Shown: positions 11,383-21,944 of the stretch, one piece after another | Layout of the letters: every line of letters starts with the position of its first letter | Position numbering within the stretch: position 1 is the stretch's first letter | NCBI GenBank assembly: GCA_013416795.1 | Contig: RQSC01000021.1 | Coordinates: 132,413 to 191,778 of the forward strand | From: Prasinococcaceae sp. CCMP 1430 | Lineage: Eukaryota > Plantae > Prasinodermophyta | Direction of reading: 5' to 3' | DNA: 59,366 bases | The notes under the pieces: model-generated | Databases searched by the model: none | Seen by the model: the letters and a program-made list of their open reading frames with translations, nothing else | What the model was told of the DNA's origin: nothing | Translations under genes and position numbers: made by a program

Positions 11383-13656
11383 ATGGCCGCCGTGGACTGG
11401 AGTGCGACAGAGGAGTCCGAGGGCGTGCGCTTCAGCTGGAATGTTGTGCCGTCGTCGCGCATCGACGCGACGCGGCTGGTGATCCCGTTTGGCTGCATGT
11501 TCACGCCGCTCAAGCGACTCGAGGGCATGCCGGTGCTGCCCTACGAGCCGGTGGCGTGCAAGCAGTGCCAGGGCATCCTCAACCCCTACTGCAACGTGGA
11601 CTTCATGGGCAAGATCTGGGTGTGCAACTTCTGCCACTGCCGCAACCACTTCCCGGCGCACTACCGCGACATCTCCGAGAACAACCTGCCGGCGGAGCTC
11701 TTCCCCAACTACAACACGGTCGAGTACACGCTGCCCGTGCCCGTGCAAGACCCGGTGGTGCTGTTTGTGCTCGACACGTGCGTGAGCGAGGAGGACTTGC
11801 AGGGGGCGCGCGACGCCTTGCAGCAGGTCCTGTCCACGATGCCGGAGAACACGCTGGTGGGCCTCATCACGTACGGCTCGATGACGCACGTGCACGAGCT
11901 GGGCTTCCCCGACTTCCCGAAGCAGTACGTGTTCCGCGGCGACGCCGAGTTCACCAAAGAGCAGGTGGCGGAGCTGCTGGGCGCACGGACGCAGAACGTG
12001 CAGCAGGCGGGGGCGCACGGGCAATCGCCCAACAGGGCGCGCTTCCTGCTGCCCATCTCTGAGTGCGAGTTCGCGATGTCGTCGGCGCTCGACGAGGTGC
12101 CCACAAACGGCTTTGAGAGGCCTACCGGCAGCCGCGAGGGGCGCGCCACGGGCGGGGCGCTGTCGGTGGCGGCTGGTCTGCTGGCCTCGACCGTGCCTGG
12201 CGCGCCCGCGCGCATCATCAACCTCGTGGGCGGGCCCACAACGGTGGGGCCTGGCACCATCGTGGGCATGGACCTCGCCGAGGCGCTGCGCTCGCACCAG
12301 GACTTCGAGAAGGGAAACGCGCGCCACTTCAAGAAGGCGCTCAAGTTCTATCAGTCGCTCGGGCAGCAGCTGGTCGGCACGGGCGTGGCGCTCGACGTGA
12401 TGGCGTGCGCGCTCGACCAGGTGGGCCTGGCTGAGATGCGCCCCGCCATTGAGGCCACCGGCGGCACCATGGTGCTCGCCGAGTCCTTTCACGCGCCCAT
12501 CTTCAAGCAGTCGCTCACGCGGCTGCTGGCGACGACCCCGGAGGGGCACCTGGCGAGCGCTTTCAACGCCACGGTCGAGGTCAAGCTGGTGAAAGAGATC
12601 AAGGCGTGCGGAGCGATCGGCCCCGTGTCGGCGCTCAATAAGGGGGGCTCGATGGTGGCGGAGAACGAGATAGGCATGGGTGGTACCACCGCGTGGCGTG
12701 CCTGCGCCCTGCGCGAGGACACGTCGTTGGCATTTTTCCTCGAGGTGACGGCGCCTGCCAACACGCAGTCGGCGGCGGGCCAGACGTTCTTCGTGCAGTT
12801 CATCACGCACTACGTTCACGCATGCGGCCAGACTCGCATGCGCGTCGCTACCGTCGCGCGGCGCTGGGCCGAACGCGGCGACAAGGCCAGCGGCCCGGGC
12901 ACCGATGTGGCCGCAGGCTTTGACCAGGAGGCCGCCACGGCGCTCATGGCGCGATACGCCGCCTGGCGCTGCGAGAGCGAGGAGATGTTCGATGTGCTGC
13001 GGTGGATCGACCGCATGCTCATCCGCGTGTGCGCCAAGTTCGGACACTACACCAAGGACGACCCCGCGAGCTTTCGGCTGGATCCGAGCTTCGCGATCTA
13101 CCCGCAGTTCATGTTCCACCTGCGCCGCTCGCAGTTTCTGCAGGTCTTCAACAACTCGCCCGACGAGACGGCGTTCTTCCGGCTAATGCTCAACCGCGAG
13201 GGCGTGCTGAACTCGTTGCTCATGATCCAGCCCACGCTGCTCGCGTACTCCTTCGACGGGCCGCCGACGCCGGTGGTGCTGGACGTGTCGTCGGTGTCCC
13301 CCGACAACATCCTACTGCTGGACACATACTTCCACGTGGTGGTTCACTACGGCAGGACCATCGCGCAGTGGCGCGACGCGGGCTACGCCGACCAGCCCGA
13401 GCACGTGAACTTTTCCAACCTGCTGCGCGCCCCGCGCGAGGACGCCGAGGCCCTGCTCGGCGACCGTTTCCCACTGCCCAAGCTCGTCGAGTGCGACCAG
13501 TACGGCTCGCAGGCGCGTTTCCTGCTGGCCAAACTCAATCCGTCGGCCACGCACCACGCCCCAGTGGGCGCGGGCGACGTCATCTTCACGGACGACGTCT
13601 CGCTGGAGACGTTCATGGTGCACCTGCAGAAGGTCGCCGTGCAGAGCGGCGGCTGA
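11383..13656 (+). CDS. SEC23: COPII coat subunit Sec23, intronless
   Basis: [10 protein letters not shown], zinc finger CKQC...WVCNFC, trunk domain [38 protein letters not shown]. Confidence 0.97.
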   Translation: MAAVDWSATEESEGVRFSWNVVPSSRIDATRLVIPFGCMFTPLKRLEGMPVLPYEPVACKQCQGILNPYCNVDFMGKIWVCNFCHCRNHFPAHYRDISENNLPAELFPNYNTVEYTLPVPVQDPVVLFVLDTCVSEEDLQGARDALQQVLSTMPENTLVGLITYGSMTHVHELGFPDFPKQYVFRGDAEFTKEQVAELLGARTQNVQQAGAHGQSPNRARFLLPISECEFAMSSALDEVPTNGFERPTGSREGRATGGALSVAAGLLASTVPGAPARIINLVGGPTTVGPGTIVGMDLAEALRSHQDFEKGNARHFKKALKFYQSLGQQLVGTGVALDVMACALDQVGLAEMRPAIEATGGTMVLAESFHAPIFKQSLTRLLATTPEGHLASAFNATVEVKLVKEIKACGAIGPVSALNKGGSMVAENEIGMGGTTAWRACALREDTSLAFFLEVTAPANTQSAAGQTFFVQFITHYVHACGQTRMRVATVARRWAERGDKASGPGTDVAAGFDQEAATALMARYAAWRCESEEMFDVLRWIDRMLIRVCAKFGHYTKDDPASFRLDPSFAIYPQFMFHLRRSQFLQVFNNSPDETAFFRLMLNREGVLNSLLMIQPTLLAYSFDGPPTPVVLDVSSVSPDNILLLDTYFHVVVHYGRTIAQWRDAGYADQPEHVNFSNLLRAPREDAEALLGDRFPLPKLVECDQYGSQARFLLAKLNPSATHHAPVGAGDVIFTDDVSLETFMVHLQKVAVQSGG

Positions 13657-14058
13657 GCTGGCGCCTGTCCCTGCGGGCCGAGCTGCGCGGCGCGCCCCCC
13701 CCTCCCCCGTGTGTAATGATTCGTTCCCTACATCCAAGCCCCTCAGGTGGACCGAGGCTCCGGTGGGTGGGGGCGGACAGGCAGCCGGCGCACGCGCGCG
13801 GGCGGCGAGGGTGGCCTACCTGGCGCCGAGGCAGCGCCTGCGCAACGCCGCGCGACGCGCCTCGAGGCGCGGAGCGATTCGCGGCGCGAGCGATCGGTGT
13901 CTTTGGTCGTTTTTCAGTTCTTTTCGAATGCGGACCGAGCCCAAGGCTGCGATCGGCGCCGGGGCCACCATGGTGACGGGCCGACGGCGACGCACGCCCA
14001 GCCTTGCGCCGCCGCCGCTCGCCGCGCCAGAGCGCCCGTACCAGCCGGGCCGCCCGCG

Positions 14059-15597
14059 ATGGCGGGGAACGGCGACGCACGCCCTCCGCCAGCCGCGGCG
14101 GCGCCTGCAGCGGATGCGCTGTCGCCGATGGCGCTGTTGTTGCACCGCAAGCACAAGGTGCTGCGCAAACGCGCGCACAAGCTCGAGTCCATCGCGCAGC
14201 TCCTCGAGGAGCGCGGCGAGGCGGGGCTCGAGCCCGAGCAGCTCAAGTCCCTCGGCGACAAACCGGTCGTGGAGGGAAAGCTCGCGCTGGTGGTGGAGCT
14301 TCAGGAGCAGCTGGCCGCCTTAGAGGGCGAGGGTGCGACGAATGACGCGGAGGCCGCGCGGGCCGCCGAGGCGCAAGCCGCGATCCATGCCGAAGAGATA
14401 GAGCGCGCGCGCGCCGAGGGCGAGGCGCAGGCGGCCGCTGCTGCCGAGCGCCGCGCGCGCGCCGAGGCGAGCGCCGCGACCGATGCAACCCGGGAGGCAG
14501 CGGAGGCAGCGCGCGCTGGCATCGAGAAGCTCGTGCGGATGCTCTACTGGGGAACGCTCTTCGATACGTCTGCGGGCGATCCCACGGTCGTGTGGGCGCG
14601 CTCAGTCGAGAGGAAGGCGTGCATCTCCTACGCCGCCGAGCATGCCGACCGCACAGGCGGCCGTGCGCCCGTCAGCGAAGCAGATCTTGACGAGCTGGCG
14701 CGCGTCGGGCGGCTGCTCACCTCGCGCCCGGACGGCCTCGCGGTGTCGCACGCTGACGCGATGCGCCGCTGCACAGAGCTCGCCGAGGCGCTCGTTGCCA
14801 GCCGTAGCGGTGGCGGCGCGCAGCGCAAAGGCGGGGCCAAGGGCCGGCGTGTCGACGGAGCTGACGGGGCGCCGGTCGATTTGATCGCTCTTGAGAGGCG
14901 CGTGAGCCGCGTCATGGGCATGGCGTACTCACAGGTGGAGCCAGTCATGCAAACCGGCGACGAAGCGGGCGGGAGTCATCCCACGCAGGGCGCGGGGCAG
15001 GGCTCGCAGGCCGCGCAGCGGGCGCATCACGCTCACGCGCAAGAGGAGCCCCAGCAGCAGGAGGAGGATCAGCAGCAGCGGCAGGCGGAGCAAGCCGAGC
15101 AGCCGCAGCACTCCCAGCAGGCACCCCCGCACCCTCAGGCGCCGCAGGCGCAGTCACCGCAGCCACAACAGCAGCAGGGCATCCTTCAGCGCTGGCTGCA
15201 GGAGGCGCGAGGGGCGCAGCAGGCGCAAAGCACGCAACACGCCCAACACGCGCAGCACGCTCAGCAGATGTTGTCGCAGCAGCACGCGTTCGTGCCTGCT
15301 GCGCAGCAGGTGCAGCCCCCGCGTGGGCATGTGCGAGCCCCGCAGCAGCCAGGGCAGCCCCCGATGCGGCATGCGCAGAACCCGCACGAGGCGTCGTCCG
15401 CGGCGGCATCGGCCGGGCCCGCGGAGGGTTTCAACTTCCTGCAGGACAGTGTCATCGGAGTGGAAGCCGTGGCGGCGACACCTCCCTCGCAGCGGCCGCA
15501 GCGACAGGCGGGAGGTCGCGCCAATGGGCGCGATGGCGGTCGAAGCAAAGGGCGCGGCCGCGGCCGGCGCGGGGTGCAGGGCGGTGCTCACGCGTAG
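14059..15597 (+). CDS. Caprin-like / plant glycine-rich-protein-family RNA-granule protein with Q-rich region and RG-rich C-terminus
   Basis: N-terminal coiled coil LLHRKHKVLRKRAHKLESI..EQLKSL, then LVRMLYWGTLFD..ERKACISY..LTSRP..VSH..RRC, recalling an uncharacterised plant family. Q/H-rich stretch 15040-15390; tail GRDGGRSKGRGRGRRG. Confidence 0.65.
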   Translation: MAGNGDARPPPAAAAPAADALSPMALLLHRKHKVLRKRAHKLESIAQLLEERGEAGLEPEQLKSLGDKPVVEGKLALVVELQEQLAALEGEGATNDAEAARAAEAQAAIHAEEIERARAEGEAQAAAAAERRARAEASAATDATREAAEAARAGIEKLVRMLYWGTLFDTSAGDPTVVWARSVERKACISYAAEHADRTGGRAPVSEADLDELARVGRLLTSRPDGLAVSHADAMRRCTELAEALVASRSGGGAQRKGGAKGRRVDGADGAPVDLIALERRVSRVMGMAYSQVEPVMQTGDEAGGSHPTQGAGQGSQAAQRAHHAHAQEEPQQQEEDQQQRQAEQAEQPQHSQQAPPHPQAPQAQSPQPQQQQGILQRWLQEARGAQQAQSTQHAQHAQHAQQMLSQQHAFVPAAQQVQPPRGHVRAPQQPGQPPMRHAQNPHEASSAAASAGPAEGFNFLQDSVIGVEAVAATPPSQRPQRQAGGRANGRDGGRSKGRGRGRRGVQGGAHA

Positions 15598-15704
15598 CGC
15601 CATGACGCGCAGCGCCAGCGCCTCCTCCCGTCGCACTGATACATTCATGGAAGTGTTAATACACCACAGGCTCTCGCCCGCTCTGCGTGTCCCCGTGCGC
15701 ACAG

Positions 15705-16832
15705 TCACGTCTTCTTCCCCTGCTTCGTCCTGTTGGCCTTTTCTGCCTCGACGCGCAGCCTTTCCTCCTCTTCGAGCCTCAAGCGCTCCTCCTCCGCAGC
15801 GCGCGCCTCGGCCTCCTCCGCCTCGCGGCGCGCAGCGAGCTCGGCGAGCACACGCTCCTCCTCGGCGATCGCTTCAGCTCGCTCTTGCTCGATGTCCGCC
15901 TCCACGATCGCGCGCTGTCTCGCAAGTGTGGCGGCCTCCATTTCGCGGATGGCCGCGGCGGTGGCCTCCTCGTTAGCCCGCGCGCGCGCGATTTCTGTGA
16001 GAGGCGGCGGCGGCGTGTCAGCGGGCGGGCGGGCGGGCGGGCAGACGGGCAACGCGCAGGGCGAAACGCCCAGGGCGAAACGCCCAGAGCTCGCCGGTGC
16101 AAGCGCACATGAAGGCGCGCCCGCCCGAGCGCACGCCTATGGCCGTTTCATCCGCACGCCCACTCGCGCAGTTGCCTCACCCTCCGCCACCCCTCCGAAG
16201 CTGTCGAGGGCATCGATGGTGACCGCCCCGTCGAGCACGGCCTTGAGCAGAGCCTTGGTGTCGCTGCTCGACGCGATATCGAGCGGTCTGTTGCCGTAGA
16301 TGTTGATGGCGCAAGGGTCGGCGTTGTTTGCGAGAAGCGTGCGCGCACAATCGCCGTGCCCACCCGCGGCTGCCAAGTGCAGCGGTGTGTTGCCGAATTC
16401 CCCCTTCGCGCGGGAGTCGGCGCCGTGCGCGAGCAGCGCGCTGACGCAGCCGAGGGACCCTACGTACGCTGCCCAATGCAGCGCGGTGTCGCTGCGTCCG
16501 TTCGCGGCGCCTGCGTCGGCTCGAGCTGCGAGCAGACGCTCGACGGCCTCGGCGTGCGCGTTCTGCGCCGCGATGATCAGCAGTGTAGCGCCCTGTTCGT
16601 CGCGCGTCTCCACCGACGTGCCGCTCTCGATGCACGCCTCCACTGCAGGCACATCGCCTGCGGCTGCTGCGTCGACTGCAGCCTGCGCGGTCGTGCTGAG
16701 GGCCGCCGTGGGCGTTGGGCTTCCTGCAGCGCCCGCGGCAGCAGTAGCGGCGCTCTCGGTGGCGCCTCCGTCTGCTGCCTTACCCCCGGCGTGCACGCCG
16801 TCTGTCGCCATCGCTGGAGAGTCCACAGCCAT
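15705..16832 (-). CDS. Ankyrin-repeat protein with C-terminal E/A/R coiled coil; exons 16832-16181 and 15994-15705
   Basis: GATLLIIAA, SDTALHWAA, GNTPLHLAA, GNRPLDIA repeats. Phase-1 intron 16180-15995 (GTGAGG...GCTGAC...CACAG) joins GGVAE|EIARARANEE in frame. An upstream exon cannot be excluded. Confidence 0.82.
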
Positions 16833-17244
16833 CGCGCCCGGCGCGTTCGCCCAGCGCGCCCGTCCCTTCGCGCCTGCCACTCTCTCTTGCTGCCCAGTCC
16901 TTCACCTTGCGCGTAGCGACGGGCGCGGGAGCGGTCGCGGTGGGGCCGGTGCGGGCGCTTTGTGGCGTCCCCTGCGCTGCGTCGTGACCACCGCACACGC
17001 AGCGACGCGCCTCCCCACCCCACCCCGCGCCCCGGTGCGCTCGGTCGGGCGTGCGCGCAGTTCCTGCCTTCCGCTTTGGGGAACAAACATGGGTACCAGG
17101 TAGCGTGGATCCTCGCTGTCGAAGTTTGATCGGTCGCCGCCGCCGTGCGCTGCGCGCGCAAGGCGCGCCCCGACATTTTGTGTATGCTAGAAGTAGGGTT
17201 TGTACATTGTACTTTCGAATTGAAATCGCATTTAGGCAATTTGA

Positions 17245-17300
17245 ATTTCAGTTAGAAATGCACACATTCAAGGCGATTTCAGGTAGAAATGCACACTTTC
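17245..17300. repeat. Two 25-bp direct repeats (31-bp period) in an AT-rich intergenic island
   Basis: atttcagttagaaatgcacacattc versus atttcaggtagaaatgcacactttc (2 mismatches). Confidence 0.85.
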
Positions 17301-17631
17301 GACGTGTTCTTTACGTGAGAAGTTGATAAACGTGTTAGGTTTCGGCGGCTGGGCTATCACGCCCATGTGCGCAGTACGGGACGGGGTGGTGGTAGGGGAG
17401 GGCGAGGGGGGAGGAGGGAAGGAGGCATGCGCGCGGGCGCGCGGTGGAAGGGCCATGGGCGACGGGGTGTGACCTGCTATGGGGGTTGGGTGGTGGGGGT
17501 GGTGCGGCACACTGCGCGGGTGAAACGCGCGCAGCGGCGTGTGCCGCGCGCCCCAGCCCGGGTGCATGCGCGCGTCGGGCAACGCGAGCGCCGCAGGACA
17601 GAGAGGCGCAGGGAGCGCAGGGGGCGGCGGC

Positions 17632-19049
17632 ATGGTGGAATCGCGCGCGTCGACTCGGAGAGGCGCGCGCGGCGTGTCGGTGCGAGGCATTGCGGTGCGG
17701 AGCGCGTGGCTGGTGCTGGCCGTAGTGCTGGGTCTGGCTCTGCCCGCTCCGCCTGCCGCACATGCGGCGGTGGCTCAGGGCGGCCACCGCGCACGCGCCG
17801 AGGCGGCCCCGCGGAGCGAGATTGACGTGCTGGCGCGCTCCGTGGGCGAAACGCTCGCTCGCGCGTCGCGGTCGCGCGTCACGGGTGGCGTTGAGGCGCC
17901 CACGACAGTGGCGCACGGCGCGCGGCCACGCCGCCGCAAGCTATTGGTGTATGAGGAGGGCGAGCAGCCCCCGCCGGATGCGTCGCCGCCTCGCTTCTAC
18001 TCCCCGGGCCCGCCTAGGCAGCCCCCGCCGTACGCGTCACCGCCTCGCTCCTACTCTCCGGGCCCGCCTAGGCAGCCCCCGCCGTACGCGTCACCGCCTC
18101 GCTTCTACTCCCCGGGCCCGCCGAGGCAGCCCCCGCCGTACGCGTCACCGCCTCGCTTCTACTCCCCGGGCCCGCCTGATTACGAACATTATTTTTGGCA
18201 GGACCATGGCGACGAGGCGGGGGGCTACGGCGGGTCCACCTCGTGCCAGGCGGACGCCGCCGGCACGCTTTGGAGCGTTGGCGGAGCGCCCATCGCCGAC
18301 ATCGGCTCGGTGTACGACTTCAGGGCGGGCAGGTTCGAGCACACGGTGTCGGTGCACGGTCAGCTTGAGGTGAACGGCAAGGTGCGTGTGCGGCGCATGG
18401 GCGTGCTCGGGTGCCTGTGCGCGTGCACCTTGCCGTTGGTGTCGTTGGCGCGCGCGCGCGCGCGAGCATGCGTGCGCATCTGACGCGTGGCGTCCCCGTC
18501 GTTGGTCGGCGTGGCGCATTGTCTCTGCTCTTGTCGCCTGCCTGCCCCCGCCCGCCCGCTCGCGCTCCCTGGCAGGATGTGGGTTCGCGCATCGAGGCGT
18601 TGCAGCAGCGCCTCCGCGCTGTGGAGGCGGCGGCGCGCGAGGCGAACGCCGTACTGGACTGCCCGTCGCCGCCGCCGAGCCCGCCTCCGAGCCCACCACC
18701 ACCGCCGAGCCCGCCACCGAGCCCGCCGCCGCCGCCGAGCCCACCCCCANNNNNNNNNNNNNNNNNNNNNNNNNNNNNNNNNNNNNNNNNNNNNNNNNNN
18801 NNNNNNNNNNNNNNNNNNNNNNNNNNNNNNNNNNNNNNNNNNNNNNNNNNCCCACCCCCGCCGAGCCCGCCCCCGCCGCCACCGCCGCCACCACCCGTTG
18901 CCCCGCAAGTGCCCGCGCAGGAGTCCTGCGCCGGCAGGTGCGGCGGGTCCGCCCCCGGGGGCGGCTGCTACAGCGACAACCTTTGTCTGCAGTATGGGGA
19001 CTGCTGCCAGGACGCCTGCTCGCAGTGCCCCGCGGAGGTCGGCTGCTGA
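17632..19049 (+). CDS. Secreted/membrane-anchored proline-rich (HRGP/extensin-like) protein with coiled coil, SP3-4 repeats and C-terminal somatomedin-B-like domain; exons 17632-18381 and 18576-19049 (gap 18750-18850)
   Basis: Hydrophobic AWLVLAVVLGLALP. Intron 18382-18575 (GTGCGT..CTGAC..CAG) joins NGK|DVGSRIEALQQRL. SPPP repeats; SCAGRC..CYSDNLCLQYGDCCQD; TGTAA at 19150. Confidence 0.75.
17980..18177 (+). repeat. Coding tandem repeat, 54-bp unit, about 3.7 copies (YSPGPPRQPPPYASPPR[F/S])
   Basis: Near-identical units tactccccgggcccgcctaggcagcccccgccgtacgcgtcaccgcctcgct read directly. Confidence 0.95.
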
Positions 19050-19532
19050 TGACGGCGACGGCGACGGGGGAGGTAATACTACTGAAGTGATCTCAGTTGG
19101 TGGCCGCACGCCTGCGCCACGCGCGCCGCCGCCGCTGCGCGCAGAATTTTGTAACTCCTGGGTTTCATTATACCAACCATCATGGTAGACCATCATGATG
19201 GTTGTTGCATTTGATGAGGTTCGTGCCCGCGTAACCCGAACCTCGCGCCCGCGCGCACCCGTCCCCGCGGCGCTCTCACTCACGGGTGCGCTCGGATGGC
19301 GGCGGCGCGCGAGCGGGCCGGCCGGGCTGGCGGCGCGCGCAGANNNNNNNNNNNNNNNNNNNNNNNNNNNNNNNNNNNNNNNNNNNNNNNNNNNNNNNNN
19401 NNNNNNNNNNNNNNNNNNNNNNNNNNNNNNNNNNNNNNNNNNNNNNNNNNNNNNNNNNNNNNNNNCGCGCGAGGGCGGCGGCGAGCGCGCACGCGAACGA
19501 GGATCGGGGGTCGAGCGCCAAGGACAGTCGCA

Positions 19533-20741
19533 ATGGGCCGCCTTGCCGGCCCGCGGATGCGTGGGTCTGCGCGCCTGCTGGCGCGAGCGCCCGCCGCGCT
19601 CGCCACGCTCACCGCGCTCGCTGCGTGCTTTGCCGGCCCCACGCGCGCGCAGCGCGGTGGCGCGAGCAACGGCGCGCCCCTGGGCGCGGCTGTGCCGTAC
19701 GCTGGTGGCGATCTGCGCGCGGTCCCGAAGTTGGTCAAGGGCGACGGAGCTGCTCCCGGCTCGCAGTGCGCACACACCGCGCAGGGCATGCTTCAGGTCG
19801 TTGACGACCGCGGCACGCTGTGCGACCTAGCGGCCGTCGACCCGTCGACCGGGTGCTGCGCGGCCGAGCACGCGAGCAGCAAGAAGCACTTGTGCGACTC
19901 GTGCGACCAGTCGACGAGCTGTTGCAACGACTACGAGGGCTGCGTGAGCTGCTGCATGGGCGCCTTGGAGTCGATGGGGGCTGGCGAGCCGATCGCCGCC
20001 GTCTCGCCGCATCACCCGGCGATGTGGCGACGCTGGCTCATCCACCGCGACAGCGAGGCCAAGGGCGGCGCCGACGGCGAGGCCGGCGGCGTCGCCAGCA
20101 CGTTCTCTGTGGCGGCGTGGCCGTACTGCACGATGAAGTGCCGCGCCAACGCGCACACCACGAAGAACGAGAACACGTACCGCTCGTACGTACACCACTG
20201 CTTCGGCGACAAGGCGAGCGACGACGACACGCCCAGGTGGCACCAGGAGGAGCTCGCGAGCCGCAAGTCCAAGCACCCCAACGCAGGCAACCCGGACGGG
20301 CTCGCCAAGCAGGGCGGCGACTTCCTCCTGCAGAAGGGCACGCTCGCGCAGCTCGTCGTGCAGCAGAAGGGCTCGAGGCGCGCCATCGACGCGACCGGGG
20401 CGGATGCTGCGCGGAGCGCGGCGAGCGGCATTTTGGGGGGCGGGCACAGCGGCGCCGCAAACGACCCGGACCTGCCCGTGGGCGTTTCTACCGCCGCCAT
20501 CAAGACGGCGCAGGCTGGCGGCACCCTAATCAGGTCCAGCGCCGGCTCGACGGGCTCCGGAGGGCACTACGAGCGCTCGTTCGGCGATGCCGCAGGCGAT
20601 GCGTACCGCCGCATTGGCATGAGCCACAACGCGCTGCCCATGACCATCCTCTTGGGCATTTTCGGTTCGCTGTGCTGCCTGATGTGCATCTGCTGCGTGT
20701 GCGGGGAGGACTTCGCCGCGGTATTCGTGGAGTCCAATTGA
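19533..20741 (+). CDS. SPRING/C12orf49 (UPF0454)-like cysteine-rich domain protein with signal peptide and C-terminal TM
   Basis: CAHTAQG...DDRGTLC...GCC...CDSC...CCNDYEGCVSCC...YCTMKCRANAHTTKNENTYRSYVHHCFG follows the SPRING Cys pattern (C.N..QG..D..G..C..GCC..C..C..CC..YE.CVSCC..C..KCR..ENTY...C.G). Confidence 0.78.
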   Translation: MGRLAGPRMRGSARLLARAPAALATLTALAACFAGPTRAQRGGASNGAPLGAAVPYAGGDLRAVPKLVKGDGAAPGSQCAHTAQGMLQVVDDRGTLCDLAAVDPSTGCCAAEHASSKKHLCDSCDQSTSCCNDYEGCVSCCMGALESMGAGEPIAAVSPHHPAMWRRWLIHRDSEAKGGADGEAGGVASTFSVAAWPYCTMKCRANAHTTKNENTYRSYVHHCFGDKASDDDTPRWHQEELASRKSKHPNAGNPDGLAKQGGDFLLQKGTLAQLVVQQKGSRRAIDATGADAARSAASGILGGGHSGAANDPDLPVGVSTAAIKTAQAGGTLIRSSAGSTGSGGHYERSFGDAAGDAYRRIGMSHNALPMTILLGIFGSLCCLMCICCVCGEDFAAVFVESN

Positions 20742-21298
20742 CGGGCGCGCGCGCGCGCGCACGTGGCCGGGTGCCGCCGCGCCGAGCGCGCTGCGCTGGG
20801 CAATGCGGAGCTTCTGCGCTCGCGCGCCGCTGCGCCGGTGCGGTGGAGTTCCTCGCGCGCGCATTGAAGCAATGGTCATGTGGCTCCACTCCTTCGCTCA
20901 CTCACTCACTCACTCAGCATGCCCTCCTCGCGCGCCCGGCGGTGGCGCGGGCGCCCCGCCGACCGCGGTCCGCTCGCGCTGGGGCGAGAGGGACCGCGCG
21001 CGGGGCACGCGCGGTGAGCGCGCTGGCGTTCGCACGCGCCGGCCGTAGGCCGCGGCCACCACACCGGGCGCGGCGGAGAATGCGTAACCCCAACCCAACA
21101 AGGCATGTTATGGGTAGGAAAAAGTAGTAGAGGGTCGGGCGGGCGTTCTTGGGGCCCGCTCGGCTCGGCATGCTCGCGAGCCGCGCGCCGGCCCGGGCGG
21201 CGGGGGAATCCGGCGCGCCTCGGCTCGGCCTTTAGGATCGCCGAATTGGATTCCGATGGATTCCGCAATGGCCGCGGGACGAGGGTGCCGGTTTCCGC

Positions 21299-21311
21299 TT
21301 TTGGCGGGAAA
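21299..21311. promoter_or_regulatory. Overlapping double E2F site TTTTGGCGGGAAA upstream of RBR
   Basis: TTTGGCGG on + and TTTCCCGC on - both fit the E2F consensus TTTSSCGS. Confidence 0.6.
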
Positions 21312-21944
21312 CGCGCGCGCGCGCGCGCGCGTGTGGCAGCGGGCGCCGCGCGCGCGNNNNNNNNNNNNNNNNNNNNNNNNNNNNNNNNNNNNNNNNNNNN
21401 NNNNNNNNNNNNNNNNNNNNNNNNNNNNNNNNNNNNNNNNNNNNNNNNNNNNNNNNNNNNNNNNNNNNNNNNNNNNNNNNNNNNNNNNNNNNNNNNNNNN
21501 NNNNNNNNNNNNNNNNNNNNNNNNNNNNNNNNNNNNNNNNNNNNNNNNNNNNNNNNNNNNNNNNNNNNNNNNNNNNNNNNNNNNNNNNNNNNNNNNNNNN
21601 NNNNNNNNNNNNNNNNNNNNNNNNNNNNNNNNNNNNNNNNNNNNNNNNNNNNNNNNNNNNNNNNNNNNNNNNNNNNNNNNNNNNNNNNNNNNNNNNNNNN
21701 NNNNNNNNNNNNNNNNNNNNNNNNNNNNNNNNNNNNNNNNNNNNNNNNNNNNNNNNNNNNNNNNNNNNNNNNNNNNNNNNNNNNNNNNNNNNNNNNNNNN
21801 NNNNNNNNNNNNNNNNNNNNNNNNNNNNNNNNNNNNNNNNNNNNNNNNNNNNNNNNNNNNNNNNNNNNNNNNNNNNNNNNNNNNNNNNNNNNNNNNNNNN
21901 NNNNNNNNNNNNNNNNNNNNNNNNNNNNNNNNNNNNNNNNNNNC

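Noticed and set aside
17980-18177. YSP-containing repeats resembling the RNA Pol II CTD; also considered as a CRISPR-like array
   Set aside because: An 18-aa coding unit in a secreted Pro-rich protein, not heptads; no unique spacers and no cas genes.
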